Shown piece after piece: positions 52,578-61,622 of a stretch of 64,000 nt of DNA. Within the stretch, counting starts at the first letter, position 1. Every line of letters starts with the position of its first letter. The notes beneath the pieces were generated by a model, which was not told where the DNA came from, did no database searches, and saw only the letters and a program-made list of their open reading frames with translations. A program made the position numbers and the translations under genes. The stretch comes from Acidobacteriota bacterium. Lineage in GTDB: Bacteria > Acidobacteriota > UBA890 > WLXD01. The stretch is from positions 800,001 to 864,000 of the forward strand of contig CAXWPL010000004.1 in NCBI GenBank assembly GCA_963666215.2. Reading direction: 5' to 3'.

Positions 52578-55212
52578 AGCGCGGGTAGCGCAGGTCCCAG
52601 GTGACACGGTGCAGGCCCTTCGAACTGCTGCCTGTCAGTCGGCGGACAACACCACCCGAGCTGTCGCGTACGGTCAGCACCATCGCCGGGTCGGCCTCGC
52701 GATCCTCTGCCCGGAGCTCTTCCCAGCTCGGATAGAACACGTCTTCACCCTCCTCGGCGGCCTTCTTGTCGCGCTCCTGGCGAACCTCGCGTCTCGTCTC
52801 GAGCGAGTCGCGCAGGTGGTAGGTGAACGTGGCGCCAAAGGCCGGGTTCGGCGCGATGAAGTAGTCGGCGCCCTGAAAGGCGCGATCGTTCAAGGCGATG
52901 GGCGTTGCCTCGAAGTAGGCCAACGCGTCGCGCGTCGGAAAGATGTGGGCCTCTGCTCCGAGCGCCGCATCGTCGAGCGTGCGCAGGGCGGAGTAGTCGT
53001 CGAGCACGTAGAAGCTGCGGCCGAACGAGGCGATGACGAGGTCGTCCATCTGGCGTTGGATCTCGATGTCGCGAACAGAAATGGTCGGCAACCCGGAAGA
53101 CAGCTCGACCCAATGATCGCCGCCGTCGCGCGTGAACCAGACGCCGAACTCCGTCGCCGCAAACAGCAAACTCGCATCGACATGGTCCTGCTCGAGCGCG
53201 TACACCGAGCCACGCTCCGGCAGGTCGCCCGTGATCGACGTCCATGAAACGCCTCTGTCGGAGCTCTTGAAGACATACGGCGCGAAGTCGCCCATCTTGT
53301 GGTTGTTGAATGCCGCAAAAACCGTGTCCGCGTCGTGCAGCGACGCCTCCAGATCGTTGACGTAGGTTATGTCGGGAACGCCTGGGACCGCATCGATGCG
53401 CTGCCAGGAGTCGCCGGCGTCCGCGGTTACTTGCACCAGGCCGTCGTCGGTACCGGCGTACAGCAGGCCCTCGACCAGCGGCGATTCGTCGAGCGCGACA
53501 ATCGTCCCGTAGAACGACGTCGAGTTGTTCTTGCGCACAGAGTCGACGCCCCAGACGCGTCCCATGATCTCCAGGCGGTTGCGATCGAGGTTGCGCGTCA
53601 AGTCGCCGCTTACCGGCCGCCACGCGTTTCCACGATCATCGCTGCGGAAGAGAATCTGCGAGCCGAAGTAGAGGCGCGCCGGATCGTGCGGGCTGATGAG
53701 AATGGCCGAGTCCCAGTTCCATCGCAGCGGCGGCCCGTCAGCCGACTCACGCGGCTTCACGTCGAGGCTCTCGCCGGTCTTGCGGTCGTGGCGCACCAGG
53801 CCGCCATGCTGCCACTGCGCGTACATGATGTCGGCGTTGCTCGGGTCGATGGCGGGCTCGAAGCCGTCGCCGAAGACGGGGATCGTCCAGTCGGAATTGC
53901 GGATGCCGTTCACCGCCGTCGTACGCGCTGGGCCGCAGTGCGTGGCGTTGTCCTGGGTTCCACCACAAACCGTGTAGAACGGCGCGTCGTTGCCGACCGA
54001 CAGCTTGTAGTACTGCGTGATCGGCAGGTTGGTGAAGAAGCGCCAGGTGCTGCCGCGATCGAAGCTCTCGTACAGGCCGCAGTCATTGCCGTTGAGCAGG
54101 TGGTTCTCATCGTCGGGATCGATCCACAGCGCGTGGTTGTCGATGTGCTTGTCCTGCTCGCCAACGCTGTTCCAGGTGCGGCCGCCGTCTTCGCTCCTTT
54201 GCGCGCGCGTATCCATGGCGTACAGCCGATCGAACTGATGTGGGTCGGCGAAGAGCTCCTGGTAGTACTGCGGGCTGCCGGTGACGTAGTCGCTGCGCTT
54301 GCTCCAGCTCGCGCCGGCATTTTCCGACACGTATGTGCCGCGCCCCTCGGCGGCGTCGACCAGCGCGTAAACGACATCGGGTCGCTGTGGCGAGATCGCC
54401 AAGCCAATACGGCCCAGGTCGCCCGACGGCAGTCCGCTCGTCAGCTCCACCCATGTCTCGCCGCCATCGACCGTCTTGTGAATGCCGGCTTCCGGGCCGC
54501 CGTCGAGCAGTGTCCAGACATGACGCCGGCGCTGGTAGGCCGCCGCGTACAGCACGTCCGGATCGCGCGGATCCATCAGCAGGTCGGTCACCCCGGTGTC
54601 GTCGCTGATCTCGAGCACCTTCGTCCACGTTTCGTCGCCGTCGCCGGTCAGGTACACGCCACGTTCGCCACCCGAGCTCCACAGCGGACCCTGTGCGGCG
54701 ACATAAACGGTGTTGGAGTCCTCCGGATGAATCAGGATGCGGGCGATGTGTTCGGAGCTCTCGAGGCCCATGTTGCGGAAACTCTTGCCGCCGTCGACCG
54801 ATTTGTAGATGCCGTCGCCGTAGGCCACCGAGCGCTGGCTGTTGTTCTCGCCGGTGCCTACCCAGATCGTCAGCGGGTCGTGTGGATCGACGACCACGGT
54901 GCCCACCGAGTAGGAGCCGTACTCGTCGAAGATCGGCTCCCACTGCACGCCGGCGTTGATTGTTTTCCACACACCGCCCGAGGCGACGCTCACGTACCAG
55001 GTGCGCTCGTTCGTCGGATCAACCGCGATCTCGGTAATCCGGCCCGACATGAACGCGGGTCCGATGCCGCGCCACTTCAGCGCCGACACCGTCCCGGAGG
55101 TCAAGCCGCCGTCTTCCTCCGCGGGTTCCTCCTGGGCGACGACCAGCGGCGCGGCGGCGAGCGCAGCAACCAACACCAGGGAAAACGCGAACCACGACCA
55201 ACGGCTCTTCAT
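52501..55212 (-). CDS. Secreted VPS10/BNR-repeat glycosyl hydrolase-like protein, apparently 3'-truncated
   Basis: WRGIGPAFMSGRI, many SxDGGxTW Asp-boxes and GGTQDN. Ends WDLRYP...GGGGDGP then TRQSS, lacking the GTYTV strand that the paralog at 55984 retains. Confidence 0.85.
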   Translation of the reverse strand: MKSRWSWFAFSLVLVAALAAAPLVVAQEEPAEEDGGLTSGTVSALKWRGIGPAFMSGRITEIAVDPTNERTWYVSVASGGVWKTINAGVQWEPIFDEYGSYSVGTVVVDPHDPLTIWVGTGENNSQRSVAYGDGIYKSVDGGKSFRNMGLESSEHIARILIHPEDSNTVYVAAQGPLWSSGGERGVYLTGDGDETWTKVLEISDDTGVTDLLMDPRDPDVLYAAAYQRRRHVWTLLDGGPEAGIHKTVDGGETWVELTSGLPSGDLGRIGLAISPQRPDVVYALVDAAEGRGTYVSENAGASWSKRSDYVTGSPQYYQELFADPHQFDRLYAMDTRAQRSEDGGRTWNSVGEQDKHIDNHALWIDPDDENHLLNGNDCGLYESFDRGSTWRFFTNLPITQYYKLSVGNDAPFYTVCGGTQDNATHCGPARTTAVNGIRNSDWTIPVFGDGFEPAIDPSNADIMYAQWQHGGLVRHDRKTGESLDVKPRESADGPPLRWNWDSAILISPHDPARLYFGSQILFRSDDRGNAWRPVSGDLTRNLDRNRLEIMGRVWGVDSVRKNNSTSFYGTIVALDESPLVEGLLYAGTDDGLVQVTADAGDSWQRIDAVPGVPDITYVNDLEASLHDADTVFAAFNNHKMGDFAPYVFKSSDRGVSWTSITGDLPERGSVYALEQDHVDASLLFAATEFGVWFTRDGGDHWVELSSGLPTISVRDIEIQRQMDDLVIASFGRSFYVLDDYSALRTLDDAALGAEAHIFPTRDALAYFEATPIALNDRAFQGADYFIAPNPAFGATFTYHLRDSLETRREVRQERDKKAAEEGEDVFYPSWEELRAEDREADPAMVLTVRDSSGGVVRRLTGSSSKGLHRVTWDLRYPRFTPVAGGGGDGGFGGGGDGPTRQSS

Positions 55213-55352
55213 CGGGACTCTCTCCAGTGTGTGTGTGACGGCGGCCACAATTTTGGGTGGCGACAATCCAGTCGAGGCGGGAGGCGGCGACAAACGCGAC
55301 GGTGCGCCGTGCAGATCGCAGGCGAGCTCGGCGTCGCGCAGCCTCGTTGCGA

Positions 55353-55880
55353 TCAGGCTCGCTCCACCAGCTCGTGGTTGAGCATCGCGTCGCCGTCGAA
55401 GACGAAGCGGCCGTGGAAGCGGCTGCCAGCCAGAAGGCGCGGCAGCCAGATACGGTCGTCCTCCCACATCTCGTCGTACGGAATTCTCTCGAGCGGCACC
55501 CACATCGGAATCGCCTCGTCGGTCTCGATCGGGTCTCCCTGCAGATCACCAGAACGGAATACCCACACGTGGATCGAGTAACCATCCACGAACTGAAACT
55601 CGAGCTCGCCCATCTGGACGGGATCGATCGGCGTGACCCCGATCTCCTCCTGGGTCTCGCGGATCGCTCCGTCGACCGCCGACTCACCGGGCTCGATACG
55701 GCCACCGGGCCCGTTAATCTTGCCGGCCCCGAGCCCGCGCTTTTTGCGGATCAGGAGCATCTGCCCCGCGCGGATGACGAACATCAACGTGGCGCGGTCG
55801 ACGGGTTGCCACGCAGCCCAGTCGATCTCGTCAACCGATCGAACCCGGGTGAACACATCTGGAGGAGGCTCTTGCTGCAT
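55353..55880 (-). CDS. Nudix hydrolase, MTH1/NUDT1-type 8-oxo-dGTP diphosphatase
   Basis: LLIRKKRGLGAGKINGPGGRIEPGE...RETQEEIG, ETDEA and IPYDEMWEDD motifs. Confidence 0.9.
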   Translation of the reverse strand: MQQEPPPDVFTRVRSVDEIDWAAWQPVDRATLMFVIRAGQMLLIRKKRGLGAGKINGPGGRIEPGESAVDGAIRETQEEIGVTPIDPVQMGELEFQFVDGYSIHVWVFRSGDLQGDPIETDEAIPMWVPLERIPYDEMWEDDRIWLPRLLAGSRFHGRFVFDGDAMLNHELVERA

Positions 55881-55983
55881 GGCGCCGCCAGCCTAGCGCG
55901 TTGACGGAACCGCGACAGCTCCTTAACCTCCCGATCGACTCGGCCATGCCGTAACCCTGCGCCCAGATCCTCCGGAGTCCCCA

Positions 55984-58668
55984 ATGTCTCGTTCCCGTAC
56001 GCTCGTCTACAGGTCGGCACTCGCCGTTCTCGTGTTCTTGTCAGGCGCCGTTATCAGCGCCAGCGCCCAGCAAGCAGGTGGTCCGACGCCCGCCGAAGAC
56101 CGGCTCGCCTGGTACGAGCGGCACGTCGGCATGAAGGACAGCTCGCTCTTCAAGAACGTGCAGTGGCAGTTCGTCGGCCCGACGAACGTCTCCGGACGGA
56201 TGACCGACATCGCCGTCGTCGAGCCGCGTGGCGAGAACTACACTGTGTTCGTCGCCGGAGCGTCGGGTGGCGTGTGGCGTACGAAGAACGAAGGGACAAC
56301 GTGGGAGCCGGTGTTCGAGCACGGGGCATCGACGTCGATCGGCGACGTCACGATTGCGCCGTCCAACCCGAACATCGTTTGGGTGGGCCCCGGCGAGGGG
56401 AACATCTTCCGCAGTTCGATGGCCGGCGCCGGGGTCTACAAGTCGACCGACGGTGGCGACAGCTGGGAGCACAAGGGACTCGCCGCCACCCACACGATTC
56501 CTCGGATCGTCATTCACCCGACCAACCCGGATGTGCTCTACGTCGCCGCCAGCGGCCGCGAGTGGACCGACAACCCCGAGCGCGGCGTCTACAAGAGCAC
56601 CGACGGCGGCGACAGCTGGGAGCTCGTGCTTTTCGTCAGCGAGCGCACTGGTGCCATCGATCTGGTGATGGATCCGTCCGATCCGAACCGGCTCTACGCC
56701 GCCACCTGGCAGCGGATTCGCAAGAAGTGGAACGATCCCCGCAACGAGGCGGGCTACTCCGAGAGCGGCATCTATCGCACCGACAACGGCGGCGCCGACT
56801 GGCAGGCCATCAACGATGGATTACCGGAACCACACTTCCGTGGCCGCATCGGCATCGACGTAGCGCGCTCGAACCCGAGCACGATCCACGCCTTCGTCGA
56901 CAGCTACGACGTGGCGCGGGTGCCCGAAGGCAACGAGACCGACTCCTACGGCCGGCCGCTTGCACCCGTGATCCGGGGTGCCACGGTGTTCCGCTCCGAC
57001 GACCGCGGCGACACGTGGCGCCAGGCTAGTGAGACCAACGAGCACATGGAGCGTCTCAACGCGACGTATGGATGGGTCTTTGGCCAAATGAGGGTCGACC
57101 CCAACGACGCCGAGACGATCTACGTCATGGGGCTGGGTCTGAACGTGTCGAACGACGGCGGCAAGACCTTCCGGCGCCTCTCCGGCATGCACGGCGACCA
57201 TCACGGCCTGTGGATCGATCCGCAGAACTCGAACTACCTCATCAACGTCAACGACGGCGGCGTGGATATCTCGTATGACGCCGGCGAGAACTGGAAGAAC
57301 TTCAATGACAACCTGTCGCTGGTGCAGTTCTTCAACATCGGCTACGACATGGACGAGCCGTTCAACGTCTATGGCTCGGTCCAGGACCATGGTTCCTATC
57401 GTGGACCCATCGATCTGAGGAACGGCCGCGACGAGATTCCGGCCGCCGAGTTCGCGCGCGCGCCGGGCGGCGAGGGATCGAGTCACGCGATCGACCCCAC
57501 CAACCCGAACCGTGTCTACTCTGCCGGCTTCTACGGCAGCATCACGCGCACCGACCTCGAAACGGGTGAGCGGGTCTCGATCGCGCCGCAGGCGGCCGAG
57601 GGCGAGCTGCCCCTGCGTGGCCAGTGGGTGGCGCCGTTCATCATCTCGCCGCACAACCCGCGGATCATCTACCACGGGTTCAACAAGCTCTTCCGGTCGA
57701 TGGACTTGGGCGACAGCTGGGAACAGATCAGCCCCGATCTGACCTACAACGAGCTCGAACTGATCGGCGACATTCCGTACCAGACGATCTTCTCGATCGC
57801 CGAGTCGCCACTGAAATTCGGCCTTATTTACGCCGGAACAGACGACGGGCGCATCTGGGTGACGAAGAGCTCCGGCGGCGAGTGGAGCGAGATCACCGGG
57901 AACCTGCCTGCAGGCAAGTTCACCGCCGAGCTGGTTGCGTCGGCCTACGACGAGGCCACGGTGTACCTGGCGCAGAACGGCAAGCGCGAGGACGACTTCA
58001 TGCCGTATCTGTGGAAATCAGCCGACTACGGCGCCTCCTGGGAAAACATCGCCGCGAACATTCCGTCGGGTCCGGTCAACGTCATTCGGGAGGACCCGGA
58101 GAACGAGAACCTGCTGTACGTCGGCACCGATCTCGGTGTTTATGCCAGCATCAGCGGTGGCGAAGACTGGCAGGTGCTGCCCGGCGGCCTGCCAACGACG
58201 TTCATCCACGACCTGATCATTCACCCCCGCGATCGCATCATGGTGGCCGCCAGTCACGGGCGTGGCATGTGGGCGCTGGACATCTCGAAGATCGAGCAGC
58301 TCACCGGCGAGGTGCTCGCCAAGCGGCTGCATGTGTTCGACGTCGACGCTGGCCGCGTTCGGCGAGGACAATTCGGCTTTGGATTCGGCGCCGGCACACG
58401 ACCCGTCTACGTGCACTATTACATGAGCACTGCGACCGACGTGAAGGTCGAGATCCGCGACGCCGACGGTGGTGTGATCGCCGAGCTCGAGGCCACCGGC
58501 GACGCCGGTTTGAACCGCGCCCGATGGGACCTGCAGAGGCAGGGACAGGCCGAAGCCGCTGGGCCACAGCGCGGTCGCGGGTCGCCGTTCGTAGCGGCCG
58601 GTACCTACACCGTGGTCGTCACGGCGGGTGGCGAGTCGGCTGAGAAGACCGTCGAGGTGGGTGGCTGA
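55984..58668 (+). CDS. Secreted VPS10/BNR-repeat glycosyl hydrolase-like protein
   Basis: Signal peptide, GPTNVSGRM, repeated KSTDGGDSW, HGDHHGLWIDP and a C-terminal WDL...AGTYTV. Confidence 0.9.
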   Translation: MSRSRTLVYRSALAVLVFLSGAVISASAQQAGGPTPAEDRLAWYERHVGMKDSSLFKNVQWQFVGPTNVSGRMTDIAVVEPRGENYTVFVAGASGGVWRTKNEGTTWEPVFEHGASTSIGDVTIAPSNPNIVWVGPGEGNIFRSSMAGAGVYKSTDGGDSWEHKGLAATHTIPRIVIHPTNPDVLYVAASGREWTDNPERGVYKSTDGGDSWELVLFVSERTGAIDLVMDPSDPNRLYAATWQRIRKKWNDPRNEAGYSESGIYRTDNGGADWQAINDGLPEPHFRGRIGIDVARSNPSTIHAFVDSYDVARVPEGNETDSYGRPLAPVIRGATVFRSDDRGDTWRQASETNEHMERLNATYGWVFGQMRVDPNDAETIYVMGLGLNVSNDGGKTFRRLSGMHGDHHGLWIDPQNSNYLINVNDGGVDISYDAGENWKNFNDNLSLVQFFNIGYDMDEPFNVYGSVQDHGSYRGPIDLRNGRDEIPAAEFARAPGGEGSSHAIDPTNPNRVYSAGFYGSITRTDLETGERVSIAPQAAEGELPLRGQWVAPFIISPHNPRIIYHGFNKLFRSMDLGDSWEQISPDLTYNELELIGDIPYQTIFSIAESPLKFGLIYAGTDDGRIWVTKSSGGEWSEITGNLPAGKFTAELVASAYDEATVYLAQNGKREDDFMPYLWKSADYGASWENIAANIPSGPVNVIREDPENENLLYVGTDLGVYASISGGEDWQVLPGGLPTTFIHDLIIHPRDRIMVAASHGRGMWALDISKIEQLTGEVLAKRLHVFDVDAGRVRRGQFGFGFGAGTRPVYVHYYMSTATDVKVEIRDADGGVIAELEATGDAGLNRARWDLQRQGQAEAAGPQRGRGSPFVAAGTYTVVVTAGGESAEKTVEVGG

Positions 58669-58693
58669 GGCGAGGTCGACAGCTGGCCAGGGC

Positions 58694-59602
58694 TCAGGAG
58701 GTCGGTTCCAGACCGTAGAGTCGGGCGGCGTTGCCCCCGAGGATGCCGTCGATCTCGGCCGGTGTTAGTTGTGGCCAGCCGCTGCGCGCCGCGATCTCGT
58801 TGATGCCGTGCCGGATCAGCTGGATCCAGCGCCGCATGTCAGCGCCGGGATCGTCCGAGAACACACCGGAGCCCGCGGACCAGTAGTCGGAGGCGTACAT
58901 CAGCTTGTCGAGCACGCCGAGCTCCTGCGCCTTCACCAGGTTCCAGGTCAGCGTCATCGGCCGGTCGTAGGTCATCGCCAGGTCGGCGAAGATGTTCACG
59001 TCCGGATTGGCCATCAAGAAGAAGAGCTCCTCGTACCACGGGTAGTTGAGGTGCTCGAGCACGACCTTGAGGTCGGGAAAATCGATCAGCACGCTCTGCA
59101 GCGACTCGATGCGCGCGTAGCGGTAGGGCGCCAGGGCGATGCCGGCAGTGCTGGCGCAGTGATGGAACTGCACGACAACATCGAGCTCGACGGCACGTTC
59201 GTAGAACGGGTATACCTGCGGGTCGTCGGAGGCGTAGTAGCCGTAGGGTGGAGTGAGCAACACACCCTTGAAGCCGTGCTCGGTCACGGCTCGGGTGAAG
59301 TACTCGAGCGCCGGCTTGTTGAACCGCCCGGCGGCGTCGATCGGTTCGACCGCGGCGAGGCCGACAAACAGATCCGGATGGGCTCGAATGCACTCGAGGA
59401 CGTGGTCCTCGCCGCACGACGAGCCCCACATACGCGTGGTGTCCTGGCCCATCACGACGGCGCGCTCCACGCCGGCCGAACGCAGCCAGCCAACTAGACC
59501 GTCGAGCTCCGTGTCGACCGGATGCCGATGGCCGATGCTCGCCTCGGCAACCTCGTCGAAGTTGTCGGCCCGCAGAACGTGGAGGTGGGAATCGATCAGC
59601 AA
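58694..59602 (-). CDS. Amidohydrolase_2 family metal-dependent hydrolase
   Basis: IDSHLH, YPFYE, QFHH, FPDLKVVLEHL, YASDY and ILGGNAARLY. Start placed at TTG 59602. Confidence 0.88.
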   Translation of the reverse strand: MLIDSHLHVLRADNFDEVAEASIGHRHPVDTELDGLVGWLRSAGVERAVVMGQDTTRMWGSSCGEDHVLECIRAHPDLFVGLAAVEPIDAAGRFNKPALEYFTRAVTEHGFKGVLLTPPYGYYASDDPQVYPFYERAVELDVVVQFHHCASTAGIALAPYRYARIESLQSVLIDFPDLKVVLEHLNYPWYEELFFLMANPDVNIFADLAMTYDRPMTLTWNLVKAQELGVLDKLMYASDYWSAGSGVFSDDPGADMRRWIQLIRHGINEIAARSGWPQLTPAEIDGILGGNAARLYGLEPTS

Positions 59603-59627
59603 ATGCCCAATCTCCCGCAACCGACGC

Positions 59628-61436
59628 TCACGCGGAGCTGTCGGCGACCGCGGTCGCGGTGTCGTGCTCGAGCGCGTCGAGGCGACGGAAGGCGGCGAAC
59701 AGATCGCCGCGGATGAAGTCGTTCTCAACGATGTTGAGCAGGTAGTAGCTGTCGTGGATCTCGTCGAGAACGGCGCGTGCGCGGCTGCCGGTCTCGTAGA
59801 AGTCGCCCCACTGCTGTTTCCAAATCGCGAACGCCTCTTCTTTCCAGATCATGAAGCTCTGGAACTCGACGACGGTCGGTTGGATGATCTCTTTGCCCGG
59901 GAAGATGCCCCAGGTGACGGCGTTGACGCTGTTGGGCGGCACGTTGAACTGAGCGTCGCCGGCTACGTTGACGGCCTGGTACGTCAGCGACGGGAACTCG
60001 GCGACGATCGCCAGAAAGCGTTGAAGCCGTTCCGGCGACAGGAACATCTCGATATAGGCCTTCTGGTAACAAACACCGCCGGCCCCGCCCCAACCGAGCT
60101 CGGGGTGAGAAGAGGCCACGCCATTGACCTGCGGCTGGCTGTTGATCGTCAGATAACCGTTGGCGTTGAGGGCGACGAGCTCGTGCGAGATCAGCTGGGT
60201 CTCACCCTGCAGACCACCGTCGACCCACGGTAGGGAGTCGATTTCGCCGGCACAGAAGCGCGCGAACACCTGGAATACGTCTTCGACCCGTTCGGGCTCG
60301 CCGTAAACTTGCTCGACGGCGTCGCGCGCCGCCAGGCGAATGCCGCGTCGCATGAGGTAGTACTCGTTGAGCGTGCCGTAGGACGGGCTTCTGCGATCGC
60401 CCCAGCGGCCGTTCGGGAAGTCGTCCCAGTTGGCGGTGCGGGCGAGGTAGCTCTCCGGACGGTTACTCCAGAAGATCGGGCGTACATCCTCGCCGCCGCG
60501 CGACGGATCGTCGGTGCTGCGCCAGGGCAGCGAACGCTCCGCCACATCGTCGGCGCGCAGACCGAGCGCGTCGACGATGCGGGCGACCGACCACTCGAGG
60601 TTGAGCGTGTAGAAGTGCAGCCCCGGGGCGCCATATTCGAGCAGTCGTCGACTCATTTCCACGCACAAGTCAACGCCATACTCGCGGACCTGCGCGTCGT
60701 CTTGCTTGATGGGCTCGAGTGCCGCGGCAACGCTGTCGGGCACCGAGACCTTGGTGAACGTGGCCATCTTCTTGAAGCGGCTGTAGTTCTGGATCGGCAG
60801 CATTCCGGGAATGACTGGGCAGTCGATACCGCGGCGTTCGCAGCGACCGAGAAAGGCCAAGTATTCATCCACGTCGAAGAGCAGCTGCGTGATCACGAAG
60901 TCGGCGCCACAATCGACCTTGTGCTTCAGATAGTCGGTGCAGCTCTCGCGATCGGCGGCCTCGAGGTGGCCCTCCGGGTAGCCGGCCACGCCGACGCACA
61001 TGCTGTCGCCGAAGCGCGCTCGAATGTGCTCGACGAGCTGATAGGCGTAGGAGAATCCCCCCTCGACGCGTTCCCACGCGGCCGCTCCCTGCGGGGCGTC
61101 ACCGCGCAGTGCGAGGATGTTACGGATTCCCGCGGCGTAAGCGGCGTCGAGCGCGGCGTCGAGCCGGTCGACCGTCATGTTCGTGCACGTCAGGTGCATG
61201 AGCACGTCGATGCCGAAGAACTCCTGCGCGGTCGCCGAGATGGCGAGCGTTTGATCGCTCGTCGAGCCGCCGGCGCCCCAGGTGACGTCGACGAACGTCG
61301 GCCCCAGGTCGATCATGCGATCCATGCGGCCGTAGAGGTTGTTCAGGCCCGCGTCGGTCTTCGGGGGGAAGTACTCGAACGAGAAGAAGGGCTCGCCGGC
61401 CGCAATGTGTTCGTTGATCCGGTCGATAATCCTCAT
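59628..61436 (-). CDS. metF: Methylenetetrahydrofolate reductase, eukaryote-type with C-terminal SAM-binding regulatory domain
   Basis: Catalytic FSFEYFPPK, DVTWGAGG, LALRGD and ITQL motifs. Regulatory RPIFW, WDDFPNGRWGD, TINSQP, YQKAY and NAVTWGIFPGKEIIQPT motifs. Confidence 0.95.
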   Translation of the reverse strand: MRIIDRINEHIAAGEPFFSFEYFPPKTDAGLNNLYGRMDRMIDLGPTFVDVTWGAGGSTSDQTLAISATAQEFFGIDVLMHLTCTNMTVDRLDAALDAAYAAGIRNILALRGDAPQGAAAWERVEGGFSYAYQLVEHIRARFGDSMCVGVAGYPEGHLEAADRESCTDYLKHKVDCGADFVITQLLFDVDEYLAFLGRCERRGIDCPVIPGMLPIQNYSRFKKMATFTKVSVPDSVAAALEPIKQDDAQVREYGVDLCVEMSRRLLEYGAPGLHFYTLNLEWSVARIVDALGLRADDVAERSLPWRSTDDPSRGGEDVRPIFWSNRPESYLARTANWDDFPNGRWGDRRSPSYGTLNEYYLMRRGIRLAARDAVEQVYGEPERVEDVFQVFARFCAGEIDSLPWVDGGLQGETQLISHELVALNANGYLTINSQPQVNGVASSHPELGWGGAGGVCYQKAYIEMFLSPERLQRFLAIVAEFPSLTYQAVNVAGDAQFNVPPNSVNAVTWGIFPGKEIIQPTVVEFQSFMIWKEEAFAIWKQQWGDFYETGSRARAVLDEIHDSYYLLNIVENDFIRGDLFAAFRRLDALEHDTATAVADSSA

Positions 61437-61622
61437 TGCGGCGAAGATAGTACGCGATTCGCGGTGATCCTAGCGTCGCCGAATCGCCGATCGCCGGCTC
61501 GCCATGGGGCGTCTCGCCGGTGAACGGCGCCGCTCCGCGTGCGGCGTCTGTGCGGTCCCGCACCACGGATCCTGGTAAGTTGCTCGGAACGGAGCATTCC
61601 CACGGGAGGGCGTGGAGCCGCG

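Noticed and set aside
53299-55581. Long antisense ORFs (e.g. 53299-55581, 44382-46343, 41624-43018, 1022-2191)
   Set aside because: Shadow frames opposite well-supported genes, as expected in high-GC DNA.
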